A stretch of 61,703 bases of DNA, the filler included, from Dugesia japonica (lineage: Eukaryota), in assembly GCA_001938525.1 (NCBI GenBank). It is 6 parts of 6 records of this genome, joined end to end, with 100 filler letters (N's around TTAATTAATTAA, not from the genome) between each part and the next. Parts side by side here need not be neighbours in the genome. Positions count along the whole stretch, not along the records: positions 9,792 to 18,594 come from MQRL01625626.1; positions 18,695 to 29,115 come from MQRL01582914.1; 4 more parts are not named here. One strand, written 5' to 3'. The position numbers were made by a program, and so were the translations under genes. Positions 11,824 to 24,479 of the stretch are shown here, in pieces. The notes beneath the pieces were generated by a model that had not been told where the DNA came from, ran no database searches, and was given only the letters and a program-made list of their open reading frames with translations. Each line of letters begins with the position of its first letter. Positions within the stretch are counted from its first letter, which is position 1.

Positions 11824-14342
11824 CCCTACAGTGCATGATTTTTTTTGTTTTAAAAAAATATATAATTTCTAGTATAAATATTTATTCTAAATGGGGGGAA
11901 AATAAAAAATATATATTGCAACATTTACATTAAAACTATTCAAAAATACAGTTGATTAATATATGCATAAATATGCATTAAACATATATTTAATTTAACT
12001 TACAATTATAAACTAGAATTTAATTTTCATGAAAAATTTATAACAATTCTTGTCTTTGTTAAAACACAAAGCCGTTTTGCACTTTTCACATACGACAAAT
12101 GTTTGCGAATTACACTTTGGGTTTTTGCATCTCAATCGAGTGTCATTCCAAATAGGAAAATGATACACTCCGTCTAGTCGTACATCTTGAGGAGGTGGTA
12201 TAGTTGCATTGGGTTTCTTTCTTTTAATTTCAATTTTCTTCTGCAATGATGATGGTCGACCGCGCTTTGTTGAAGCCGGTTTGTTAATGGTACATAATGT
12301 ATTTGCCAATTCAATTCTGAAATCAGCTAATTTCATAACTGGCATATCTTTATTACATCTTCTCATAAGTAGCCATGCGTTTATAACAGTAATATCTAAA
12401 AGGTGGTAAAATAGGCGAATNTACCATTTTCTTGACCGTAGCTTGATTTTATATATTCCAATCAAGCTGTCCAGTAAATCAACACCACCCATATGACGGT
12501 TATATTGCTTGACTGCAGCGGGACATGAAACCTGAATTTTTTGTTTGAATTTCCTGTCATAACGTTGAACCGTGTGAATAGGATTTATTCCCACAAATGA
12601 TGACAAAAAAACCACCAATTTATTGTAATTCCAATAAACACTATTAATTTCTACTCCTTCAAAGTCTGTCAAAAATTCATTGGAAGTACCTCTTCATTTT
12701 TTTAGTTTCCGCTTCACTTGGAACTTTGCAGGAAGGAATTCTATTCCTCTTTACTGTTCCAAGAGAATGAATTGCGTTTTTTGCCAAATTGTTATAATCG
12801 ACATTGATGTGTAGTAATTATCAAAGTAAATTTTGTAATTGCAATGTCTAGGAATTTCTCTCGTCAATCGCATAACTATATTACTACTTGCCCCAAGATC
12901 TGCTTATTTTGGGAAACGTTTAGCTGGATCATTTTCTGTTCCAGTGTATATTTCGAATTTGTAACAGAATCCAGCATTTCCCGCGAGGACGAACAATTTA
13001 TATCCCCATTTATGTGGCTTTAGTGGCATGTATTGTTCCATGTGATGACGAGCCTTTGTAGAACATATTTGTTCGACAATAAACAAAATTTCTTCCATAG
13101 GAATTGACAAAAATTTGGCAGATAATGACTCTATAATTGGTCTCAATTTATGCAATTTATCATTTGCATTACTGAAATTGCAATTAAAATGTAAATTGGA
13201 CCGAATTCTTACGAAAGCATTTACGTTTAGTGTGTTTTGTACAATATCGATACCAACAATTCTATTCCAGCACAATCGTATATTAGGTACTGATGTTATT
13301 GACGTTATAATGCATATTCCCAGATATTTCATTCAAAAGGCTTTGTAATATTTTTTTGAATGCTAAAACGTATGCTTTCTTCTACAATTTTGTCCATTAG
13401 TCGATCATCAAAAAGTATTTGTTTGAAGTTTTATTTCTTCTGGTAAATCGGTATTGCCAGTAAATTTAGTTGATTTATCTGAAATTTCTTTCCGTTTCAA
13501 CAACAATTGCTTAGGTTTGCCATTTTTCGATGTATTAGACATTTTAGCAGTTTCTTCTTCAACTACGTTCTCTTTGGATATTTCAGTGTGAGGCACGGTA
13601 TATGTCAACTCAGAAATATTGTTTCGTTCAAAGTATTTTTCTAATAACTCTTTAGAAACNATAGTATTTTCTTCATCATCACTATCGAGACAAAATTCAT
13701 CATCGCTGTCTTCGGGTATGCTTTTAATCAAATCAAATAAGGCATCGCTATCCAAATGTTCTAAATTCACAATCTCTGTTCCATTTTTATAAATAAGAGG
13801 CATCTAAAATAATAAAAAAAATATCTAAAATTAAAAAAAATCATAAGAGAAATATATCCTACTATATTTTACTACGAAGTCAACGATATATGTACGTACA
13901 TCAAAATGCANNNNNNNNNNNNNNNNNNNNNNNNNNNNNNNNNNNNNNNNNNNNNNNNNNAATGATTCATATATAAGTCGACTATTATTCATCATTTAGG
14001 AGTAACAAATACATCAAAAATAAAAAACTAACATCATAACAGTAGTATAGGGTATACTGAAGGCCATAAAAAATACATATCACTTACCTTGTAATTGATA
14101 AACAAATTATGTCTCGGCAAAGTTGTCACATTTCACGAAACGTCCGCCATCCACCACACGTTTGACGAAATGACAAATACTGGGAGAATTTTTAGGTTAT
14201 ATGTTGTCTTTTGTATACCGTTATGTTGCTGGATGATTCATATTCGGACTGTCATGCATTTACGACACCAAAATGCTTTAAATACAAAGCTAGGTGTAAA
14301 AAAAGATGGTNATGCATATATGAATTACCATGCACTGTAGGG
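11824..14342 (-). mobile_element. Full-length piggyBac DNA transposon (2519 bp)
   Basis: 14-bp TIR CCCTACAGTGCATG at 11824-11837 and 14329-14342, with a TTAA target-site duplication on both sides. Confidence 0.95.
12013..13803 (-). pseudogene. piggyBac transposase, frameshifted
   Basis: YMPLKPHKWGYKLF, YFDNYYT, YNRHMGGVDLLD and a C-terminal Cys-rich domain. The first catalytic D reads V (FIVEQ). Confidence 0.93.
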
Positions 14343-16619
14343 TTAACATTAGAAATATTTATTGATTGGCAATTCAATACAGTTAAAAATAAAAATACAA
14401 TATATTTACACAATAAAAGGAAAGTAATAATTAGATCGTCAGAATAAATTAGTCATAAGTCGATAAGTCAATATTAAATTATCGGATGCTGTAGTTGAGG
14501 GTTTTGATGGTTTCATCCAGAGTGTTGTTGTTGGTTGGATTTATTGATTATTTCATGGTCCATTTCTCTTGAATGCATGTGTATATGTTATATATGCATG
14601 CGTGCTTATGAACTTTCCTCAACACCTTCAAGTTATGGTTCTCTACGTCCAATTTTCAAGATTTCTGTTGTGCTTATCGGAGTGAATCTGAGTCATGGGA
14701 TCGATAAGGCAGTTGAAGGGGTTTCTTATATAAAGTAAGATCCAATGATTATTGTTTGAGTGGAGAACCGTAAAAATGAATTCTTTTCCCATAATGCTAT
14801 ATTATTTCTAAACTTCGAAGAGGGGTTTGTTTTGTATTGAGGGCAATTGTGTACGCCCAGAGTGTAATAAAAGCAACAGTTTCCGAATTGAAACTGTGTT
14901 TAGTGAAACTTTCTATTTGGGAGTCGCTAAACCAGAAGTTGTTAATGTCAGCATCAAGATCTGGTGGCTTCTTCACAGCCAGTTGATAGGAGCTAGCTGA
15001 AATAGCAGATTGTCAATCTGACTTTGCAGANTTTTTGATAGTGAATTTTTTTGGCTTTGACCTGACTCCTGGTTTTGTTGGAGATCATGTAGTTCTTTAA
15101 TGTAGTGAGATCCACGAATATAGATGTTCATAGCTCAAGATATCCGAGCAATTATCTTCCATTTTATGGTTATTTAAATGAGAATTTTCCATTTTGAGTA
15201 TTAAGCGATTTTACAATGGCATAAGAGAGATAGATTGCATAAAAATTTCCAAATAATTCAGACGATTTCAAAATTCCAAAATCCAATTTTCAACGTGAAT
15301 TTTAAAATTCGCATTCCAATTTTAAAATATAAAATAAAATATAATAATACACCAAAAAAGAATAAAAAGAATAGGTAGATGAATTTCATTTATGTACATG
15401 TTGGGTATTTAACTCAACAAAAATTTATGGTTCGTATATTATAGTTATAAATGAATAAAAATAACTGTGAGATTGTGTGTGATTTATCTTTTGAAATACT
15501 GTTGTTATGTAGCTACAGATATTATATAAACAATATTTTATCAAAAATATAAATATAGTGTATACCCCCTTATACAAATGAATAAACAATCACCTTTTTA
15601 AAAAAATATTTATTAGGATATATATGTTTAACCTTATAGGCAATAATTTATTTAAAGAAGGAAAGCAACTTAAAGAAAGAGGTTTCCTTAATTAAAAATG
15701 TCTAAAACAAACTGATATACATCAGTATTTATAGTAAAATTTCACACTAGGCCTCATGCAATGACCTAGTGTTAATCATTTCCTAATAAACAAAAATTTT
15801 TACTTACATAATAAACTAATAAAGTTTTCCATAAAACATAATAAAATAATAAAATTTTCCATGAAAAAATTTTTACAATTTTTTTAAATAATAATAAACA
15901 AATGACCCAACTAATAATTTATCAATCAATAATTCCGAATTCAGATATAATATCTGAATAAACAAATANNNNNNNNNNNNNNNNNNNNNNNNNNNNNNNA
16001 AAATTAATCAGCATAAATCGCAAATAAGAATTGTAATGTCATCACATATTATAATAGGGGATTTGAATTGAACAACATTAAAAAATAAACAACATTCTGA
16101 TTAAATAATTGTCATTNNNNNNNNNNNNNNNNNNNNNNNNNNNNNNNNNNNNNNNNNNNNNNNNNNNNNNNNNNNNNNNNNNNNNNNNNNNNNNNNNNNN
16201 NNNNNNNNNNNNNNNNNNNNNNNNNNNNNNNNNNNNNNNNNNNNNNNNNNNNNNNNNNNNNNNNNNNNNNNNNNNGTATTTTGTGTGTTTGTATATTTGT
16301 TGCATGTTTGTATATGTAAACCTCAACATACATATTGTACACCAGCTTCAGAAATAACCAAAATTTTCGTCATAAGTCATTAATAGCCAGCACAATCTTC
16401 GCTAATTGGACTACTCGATCAATAAAATACATAAATATGAATAAGGAGAAAAGAATTTAAAAGTTAGTCTTTATACATGGCTTCATACATTGATGAATAG
16501 GTCAATTGATCTAAAAATTAATGTTCAAACTAGTCTTTCTAAATCTTTATTGAATGTTTTTAATTAATTTGATTTATTCGAGAGATTGCATACTTGCTTA
16601 TTTATATAATTAATGGGTA

Positions 16620-16812
16620 CCGTGTTACACAAATCGTGTTATTCAAGACTTGGAATTCATACAACTTCAGATATTACTATTTGTTATTGTGTTAACAATG
16701 TTATCTGCACAAATCCAAAAATTTTGCAGTGTAATTCAAGGGTTATCGCAATTTTTACCGTGTTATTCGAGACTTCGTGTAATTTAAGTGTCGTGTTATC
16801 AAGGGCTCATTG
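16620..16812. mobile_element. Probable pogo/Tigger-like element end
   Basis: Repeated CGTGTTAT motifs ending CGTGTTATCAAGGGCTCATTG, similar to Tigger-type termini. Partner end not found. Confidence 0.4.
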
Positions 16813-18464
16813 GGTTTCTAGGATTTTGGTGTTAAAATTAAATCCACTCTTTTTCTTCTATCTTTTTGCATTTTTTTACAGTCTAGGGGCATACCTAGAA
16901 ACCTCAAGCGTTTATATCACCTATGACATGTCCTTCTCTTTCCTGGGTTCTGCACGGCTTTGTGGTATCGCGTCTTACTACCGATTAATGACAATCATTT
17001 ACGTTTTGGTCAGTATACTTCTTGCAACAATTTTACATGAATAAAATATTTGTAATTTGGTGCGCAGCAATAAAACACCAAAATTGACTAAGTAATTAAA
17101 AAATTTTTTGAAAAGAGTGTTATATGAGGCGTTAATTATTAGATTTCATAATCTCAGCATTAATGTACAGACAGCTCTTTCGACTAAATTGATTAAAACT
17201 TTTTGAATATTTTGGATATCGAAATTTTTTTCAATTTTTGAAATTTTGATATATTTCAATGTTTTTATAGGTTTTTAACAAATATTTTGAAAAACAAATT
17301 TCAATAAATAAAATTTATTTTAAATTGCAAAGATCAATACGATGTTTTTCTATTTTCATAGATGGTTTAATATTTCGACTATGCCTTCAGGAACTATTGC
17401 TTTTTTTACTTATGGCTTTTTCTTATTGAAAATTTCTCTTTGTTTTTCAAAATATATGTTTAATATACAGATCAATGAAAAAGTTAATTTTTGGAAAATA
17501 AACTTTGAAATGAAAATTTTAATTTTTTAAAATGAATTTTATTTATAAGTTTTATACTTTATTTATTAGTAATTTTCAATTTTTATTATTTAATAGATTT
17601 TGAAAAATTTTAATATAATTTAAAATTAAAAATTTTATATATTTTTGAAAAACGTCTTCTATTTTTATAGGTGGAAAATAGTAGTTTTAATAAAATATTA
17701 TTATAGAAAATAAAAATTTATGAGAATATTAGTTAATTTTTGTTTGAAAAATTGTTAAAAAATATGAAGAATTATAGCCATTTTATATTCAGTATAATTG
17801 CTTGAATCTTTTTTTAAATAATATAGACTAATGATAACGGTTGATCCGTTGTAATATATAACAGTAAATTTTTTTTAAATGGTGTTATTTATCTTTATTT
17901 AATTAATCCTTTTTGACCTATACTAAATAAACACAGTTAAACCATAAAAAGACCAATTTTTATTGGGGATACTTTATTTACCTATACATACTCAAAACAT
18001 CATCTCAGAAAACACCAAAAGTAAACCAAACAAATTGAGACATGGGCACTCCATGACAATTGAGCTCCCCATGATAATTACGAGCGTTTTAGTCTAAAAC
18101 AACTTTACGTTTCGACGTGATAGTCCTCTATGATAATTTTACATAGTCGAATCGTTCCCTCTGCGATAGCTCATTTCACGATAGACTATTTAACAATTTA
18201 TATCGCTGTAACATTTCATTTCTCAATAGATTATTCAACAATTTCTAACGCTGTGAATATTAGATAACAAATATTAGAACAAAAGAATTTGTTAAAATTT
18301 ACTGTATTTTATAAAATATTTTATTATATTGGAATTACTGAGAAAAAAATTAATAATTATGAAATAAAAATAAAATTATATTTCAATTAGAGGATGTAAT
18401 TATTTACAATCAATGTAAAGCTTTATTTGTTGATAAGTAATTTTTGCTAGTCCAAGTAAAGCAT

Positions 18465-18512
18465 CGCGGGCTACATTGAAGTACCTTGCGGGCCGGATGT
18501 TTGAGACCCCTG
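18465..18512. mobile_element. hAT (Charlie/SPIN-type) terminus
   Basis: Reverse complement reads CAGGGGTCTCAAACATCCGGCCCGC. It is followed by the 8-mer ATGTAGAC with central TA, as in Charlie target sites. Confidence 0.7.
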
Positions 18513-18594
18513 ATGTAGACGTTCCCGCCACATGTATTTACATAAGAATCAATCATGGCTCTGCTTGTTCCACAGTGTCACTTATTTTTTCCGG

Positions 18595-18694
18595 NNNNNN
18601 NNNNNNNNNNNNNNNNNNNNNNNNNNNNNNNNNNNNNNTTAATTAATTAANNNNNNNNNNNNNNNNNNNNNNNNNNNNNNNNNNNNNNNNNNNN
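18595..18694. other. Artificial scaffold-joining spacer
   Basis: 44 N + TTAATTAATTAA + 44 N. Confidence 0.97.
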
Positions 18695-18715
18695 CTAGAT
18701 ACCCTTGCTAAGGCG

Positions 18716-18820
18716 GTTGCCATGGAAACGACCTTGACCTACATTGGTTGCCATGGAAACGACCTTGGTCTACATTGGTTGCCATGGCAACGGTTACCAT
18801 GGCAACGGGGGGTCCCCCCA
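18716..18820. promoter_or_regulatory. Array of four RFX X-box palindromes (31-bp tandem unit) plus a G6-T-C6 palindrome
   Basis: GTTGCCATGGAAAC at 18716 and 18747, GTTGCCATGGCAAC at 18778, GTTACCATGGCAAC at 18793. The motif match is direct; function is unproven. Confidence 0.55.
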
Positions 18821-20154
18821 CCCTTTGACCTACTTTGTCCTCGTGTCCTCCTATCTATCTACTCATCATTTGGAGAATACTGAGGCAATACTCGTCAGAA
18901 GTTGGATCAGCCGACTGTGATGATCGTTGTACATCAGATACCTCGAGATTATCCACTCTAAAAATTTAATAAACATTAAACATAAGATGTGATGAAATAA
19001 ACTGATAATGAGATAAGATGAATGGAGAAATGAATTGACGATAATTATAAATGAGGAAAATAATGAGATACGATAAAAAAATGAATCGATAAAATGTTAC
19101 AAGATGGTTTTGATAGTTAAGAAAGGTGAATTTTTATTGATACAAGAGATGTTGTAACATGAGTATGAAGTTTGACGGGATGTTTTGATATAAATAAAAT
19201 AATTGATATTAATAAGATTATGATGTTTGGATCTAAGATGTTGAGCAGATGTTACAGAATTGAATCAAAAAGGTGAAATGCCAATAAAAGAATTGAGAAG
19301 AGAGGGTTGAGTTTTCTCGCTTACCAAGTTTTATCACTGTACTGATTTAGACACCATTGTAAAATATGTCGTTGATTAAGTACTTTGATTTCATTTTAAT
19401 CATATAATCTTATATTGTTTGATTATTAAATGTTTATTATTAATGTTAGCGATTGTTAATATGATGATTGGATATTTAATATGCATAATAAATAATTCGA
19501 TAAAACTTATTTTATAATTATTAAATAATACTTAATACCATTAATACTGATTTAAAGATATTTAGATATGGCGGCAACAGGAAGACCATTCACCATCATG
19601 AGGAAGTTGGACTCTTGGAAACTATAATTAATTGTAGTCGAAATGAACACACCGGATTAGTGTTAAGAAAAACAGAGTGGATCTAAATGACAATGAGATC
19701 TCCACTAATGGTAAATGAGAAATATTATGGAGAAGGTCCTGCTCCGTCAAAGATGATGAATAATCGGTGGTCTTTTGATTAAGAGTAATATGTTAAACTA
19801 TCATTTAAAAGTTAATTTATAAATGACTATAATAATAACTTAACGACGAGAGAATATTATTACTCGTAAATAGATGGTAAGACAAATGATGAGTGTAAAT
19901 GCAGTCGAAGTAAATAAGCCATCGATAGTCTTGATACATTGAGTAAATTAAACCGGAACTGTAGCCAACTAAATAAAAATTGAAACCACAAGACGGAATA
20001 ACGCATAGTCCCACATGAACCACTGCGTAAATTGAACAATGTACGAAGCATTGTCAAATTTCTGCCGTCTTCTGGGTATCACCCATAGCACAGATATTCA
20101 AGAAAGAAATAGAAGTAAAAGAGAAGAAATTAACATCAAAACCTAGAACCCCAA

Positions 20155-20191
20155 CAATTCTATATTTCGACTTTGTCTTCGTCAGGAATTG
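20155..20191 (-). ncRNA. Minimal type-I hammerhead ribozyme (Penelope-type)
   Basis: Minus strand CAATTC-CTGACGA-A-GAC AAA GTC-GAAA-TATA-GAATTG: 6-bp stem I, conserved core, 3-bp stem II and palindromic ATAT stem III. Confidence 0.75.
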
Positions 20192-20429
20192 ACTTTTTAA
20201 TTCATTCAAGATTTATGTTTATAATAATTAGTAATTATTTTTGAATTAATTTATTTTTATAAAATTTTAATTGGTTAATTTGAATCTTTTTTAAAATTTA
20301 ATTATTTAATTATTTAATTATTATAAATTACATTTACTCTACTTTATTTTATTTTATTTTATTTTGGTCTTCTTTAATTAATATTTTTCATGTTTCTTTT
20401 CTATGTAGTGTAGAAATGTAGCCAGTTCC

Positions 20430-21190
20430 TAGTGTTTTCCATTTTATGTGAGGTTGTTCTGGCAAAATTCTATGTTTGTGTTGAAAGTTTTTGAAGACTT
20501 CACTTTTTTTTGTTTCAAATGTTCCTTAAGTCTTGTTCGGATAGTTCTGCATGTTTCACCTATATATGTTTCTTGACAAATAGTGCATGTTATTTTATAA
20601 GTGACATTTTTCTTATTGCATATATTTCTACCATCACAAATGCATTTGGAACCACAAAAGTTTTATCTTGGTTTCTGTAAATGGATGCCCAAAGGTGCTT
20701 GCGTTTTGAATATAATTCTTGGATTGTGTTTGAGTTTAGAATTCTTTATTATATTNNNNNNNNNNNNNNNNNNNNNNNNNNNNNNNNNNNNNNNNNNNNN
20801 NNNNNTTCCATTTTATGTGAGGTTGTTCTGGCAAAATTCTATGTTTGTGTTGAAAGTTTTTGAAGACTTCACTTTTTTTGTTTCAAATGTTCCTTAAGTC
20901 TTGTTTGGATAGTTCTGCATGTTTCACCTATATATGTTTCTTGACAAATAGTGCATGTTATTTTCTAAGTGACATTTTTCTTATTGCATATATTTCTAAC
21001 ATCACAAATGCATTTGGAACCACAAAAGTTTTATCTTGGTTTCTGTAAATGGATGCCCGAAGGTGCTTGCGTTTTGAATATAATTCTTGGATTGTGTCTG
21101 AGTTTAGAATTCTTTATTATATTTTGCATGATTTGGCTACATTTCTTAAAAGTATTATGTTCATCAACACAAATGCAAAATAGGTAATAT
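20430..21190 (-). pseudogene. Penelope-like element C-terminus (linker + GIY-YIG endonuclease), present twice across a 50-N gap
   Basis: Manual translation: NPRIIFKTQAP..CNKKNVTYKITCTICQETYIGETCRTIRTRLKEH. Copies at 20437-20755 and 20806-21124 differ at about 6 sites. Confidence 0.85.
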
Positions 21191-22739
21191 GAATATCACT
21201 CACGTAGCATTTTAACATCAACCAGGAAAGGAATACATGAAAAATAAGGGCTCTTATACTGTCCAAATTTATAACCAATTAATTCATTCATATAATTGCT
21301 TAGTAAGACGCATTTTGCGACTGTAGGCTTTGGTGTTAGAGCTTACAATCTTTTATTATTGCTCGTGGAGATCATATGGAATCCTTTCCTCAAAACTTGT
21401 GGTTGTGTAAGCATTTGGTTATTCTAGTCTAGGAAATGACCCAGACGCCGCATGATTTGAGAACCCAATATGCTGACACTTTTCCCGTATCCAGCGGGTC
21501 TTACGTCGTTAGGTAATACTAACTTAGCTCCATTTATTTACGTTAATAACCAAAGTAATTCAGTTCCAAAATTCAATTTTCACTGCAAATTTAACTTCTA
21601 CTCCAAACATGCACATGATGCAAACAGAAATTATTAAAAATCTCAGTTGTAACCTCTAAATCTACTCACACGCTCTAAGCCACCTTGATTCTGTCATTCT
21701 GACTTGCATTGTTCAGGATGATTACTTCCATGGGCTCTGTATGCACTTGCACCCATTGACCTGCATGAATCCTAGATAGGGTGCATACATTTGAGACTAA
21801 GCTATCCACATGATTTGAATAGGGCTCTGCCATGTCCGCCAACATCCGACACGTCATCCTTAAATTTAATTCCCTCTCTCATAAAAGTCTTGTCTTCTCA
21901 CGCAATTGATTGTTCTATTTGCGTAGGGTCGTGGTTTCTTTAATCAAAGGGATGGATGTAAATTTTCGCCGATATACCAACTCTGTTTCCTCAACCTCCG
22001 TAGTTTTTGATGCAGCCATGGCATTCACTTAAGGTTAAATTGATATCAATTAATCGCTCATTTTTTATTGCATGATTAAAAGAAAATTCTATGGATTAAA
22101 TTATATCTATGTTTTACATAATAAAATTGAAACAGTGAACAGCAAAATAGTGAACTCAACCATGACTATTATAATTACTCCATGCCATAAAAAGTGGGTA
22201 AAATAAATTTAATTTTAATTTAAATAAATTGTTTTATTTCTAATTGATATTTGTTTCAACTAACTATGTTGTTTAGATCTTTTAGAAAACTTTTGAATTT
22301 TAAAATAGCAAATGTTTCGGAAAACCAGAAATTAAGGCTTCTATCAGAGCCATATCTAAACATTTAAAACGGCGCCTTCTATCATAACTGTGAGGAAACA
22401 AAAAATTAATTAAAATATTGATTGACAAAATTTAAAAATATACTATTATCTTGTAATTAATTAAACAGTTGTGATCGGAGCTGTTTTCTCATTTTGGGAA
22501 TTTATTGTTACTTCTAAATAACTTTGTGATCGGAGTTGATTTCTCACTTTGGGGATTTAATGTGTTTCTGTAAATAACATAAGCGTTCATTTCTTATGTA
22601 AAAACATTATCTTTAATTATTTAACTGTAATTTATTATCTGTTAATTCTTATTTATAATTGTAATTTTTCAATATTGTAATTACACAAAATTTGTGACTT
22701 ATTAAATTTTCTTGTTGCTTTTCTTATTTATTTCTTAAA

Positions 22740-24390
22740 TGGATGGAGATAGATATAACATAATGGTTCCGGTAAATACAGATACAATAACAGAACGGTT
22801 GTTGCCGAAAAATATTTGGAAGGGTGATGATTTGAAATTGTTTATAAAATAATGCTAATTATATTTTGGAACGAAAGGAATTACAAACCCGAAGGAACAA
22901 GGAAAACTGGTAATATGCTTGTTGGAGCCAAATTTATTCCACAAATATATGAATACTGAGGAAAAAGTATCGGGTTTCCAGGCGCGGTTGAGATTGGCCT
23001 TCCAAAAAGACAAAGATACCCTGGAAGATTTGCAGAAGTTAATTATATTTATACGAAGCAATTTAGAAGTCGATTCATTTATTAAAAAGGTAGAATCGAT
23101 GGTAGATGATATTTTTGCTCATAAAGAATTAACAAAAGAGGGTCTAGGGACGAAAATTTTGGTGAGCGCTTCAGGAAATGTTAAGTTACAGGAGGAAGTA
23201 ATACTGCGGAAATTAAGCACGGTGGGAGAAATTAAACAGACATTAATATTACTGGATAAAGTTGAGGAAAAACAAGAAAACATCAATGTAGTGAGAAATT
23301 ATTCAAATGTCGTAAGAAAAGGCTCACAGAAGCCGGTACAACTTCCAGGTAGAATACTGTAAGACAACAGCAAGGTAAAAGAGAGTATGGGATGTTGAAG
23401 TTGTCATAGACGGGGACATACTAGAGCAAAACAAGGGCGAAACAAGAGAATGTTGGACAAATCTCGGAGCAGGTCATTTGAGCAGAGATTGTGTGGTGAA
23501 AAGGAAAATGATATGTTACGGGTGTGAAGAACCTTGCAATATGAGACGGAATTGCGCGAAAGGGAAATGTTTTGAGTGTGACATAACGCGCCATAGAGCA
23601 ACAGAATGTCGAAGAAATTGGCGAACAGATCAGAGAGGGGGACACAAGGTACAATGGTATTCAGTAGTTAGTCTATGTTTGGAAAAGAACAAGAAAGATA
23701 TACGATTATGTCTGGATTTTCGGAGATTAAATACGGTTACAGAAAGACAGGCCTTTCCAATGCCTAATTTAAACTAAAGGTTGCACAAGCTGAATGGGAA
23801 TGTATTTTTCAGCTCCATCGATCTCAGCAATGCTTACTATCAGGTAGAGTTAGAAAAAGACTCACAAGAGAAAACAGCATTTCCGTCAAAAGAAGATCAA
23901 TATTGTTTCACACGAATGCCGTTCGGAATTGCAGCGGCACCATGAACGTTCCAAGAAATGATGTTGAGAGTAAATGAAAACTTAGATGGAGAAATGGTAT
24001 ACTCAGATAATATCCTAATATTTTCAAAGGACAAAAATCATCATTATGAGATTTGGGGTCAACCCGGAGAAATGTAAATTTTTAAAGTAAGAAATTAAAT
24101 TGTTGGGACACATCATCAGTGCAGAAGGAATACGAACAAACTCGGGGGAAAATTGAAGCCATTAAAACATTCGAAGGCCTAGTTATGTGAAGACAATGCG
24201 TAGTTTCTTGGTATATGCAATTATTACAGAAAATTTATTAGCGGGTATGCAGTTAAAACAAGGGCACTGGAAAAATTGTGCCATGGTCGGAGTAAAACCA
24301 AATTAGAATGGAACAAGGAGTTAAAAGACACATTCCAAAAATTGAAATCAGCATTGATATCAGACCAATCTTAGCATTTCCCGAATTACT
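22740..24390 (+). mobile_element. Ty3/gypsy gag-pol remnant with the protease region deleted
   Basis: Gag and degenerate CCHC knuckles, then RT motifs IRLCLDFRRLN, SSIDLSNAYYQ, RMPFGIAAAP and degenerate YSDNILIFS. Confidence 0.9.
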
Positions 24391-24479
24391 TTAAAAATCA
24401 AATACTTTAAAATTTAAATAAAAAAATACTTAGAAAAATATTTAAAAATAAATAAATAATCAATAAAAAAATAATTTTA

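Noticed and set aside
14480-15180. Decayed coding-like sequence (also 19570-20150)
   Set aside because: Many stops and no recognisable family.
17365-17395. Hammerhead-like CTGAAGGCATAGTCGAAATAT on the minus strand
   Set aside because: Core is incomplete and stems are weak.
18100-18135. Hammerhead-like GAGGAC..GTCGAAACGT on the minus strand
   Set aside because: The CUGANGA core is absent (reads CATAGA); at best a dead relic.
20437-21124. Tandem duplication of the GIY-YIG segment as a genuine Penelope pseudo-LTR repeat
   Set aside because: The copies abut a 50-N gap exactly as at 40775-41433, so an unmerged haplotype overlap is more likely. Not excluded without reads.
21230-22020. Coding-like minus-strand stretch upstream of the Penelope fragment
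   Set aside because: No RT or other recognisable motifs; cannot be assigned.
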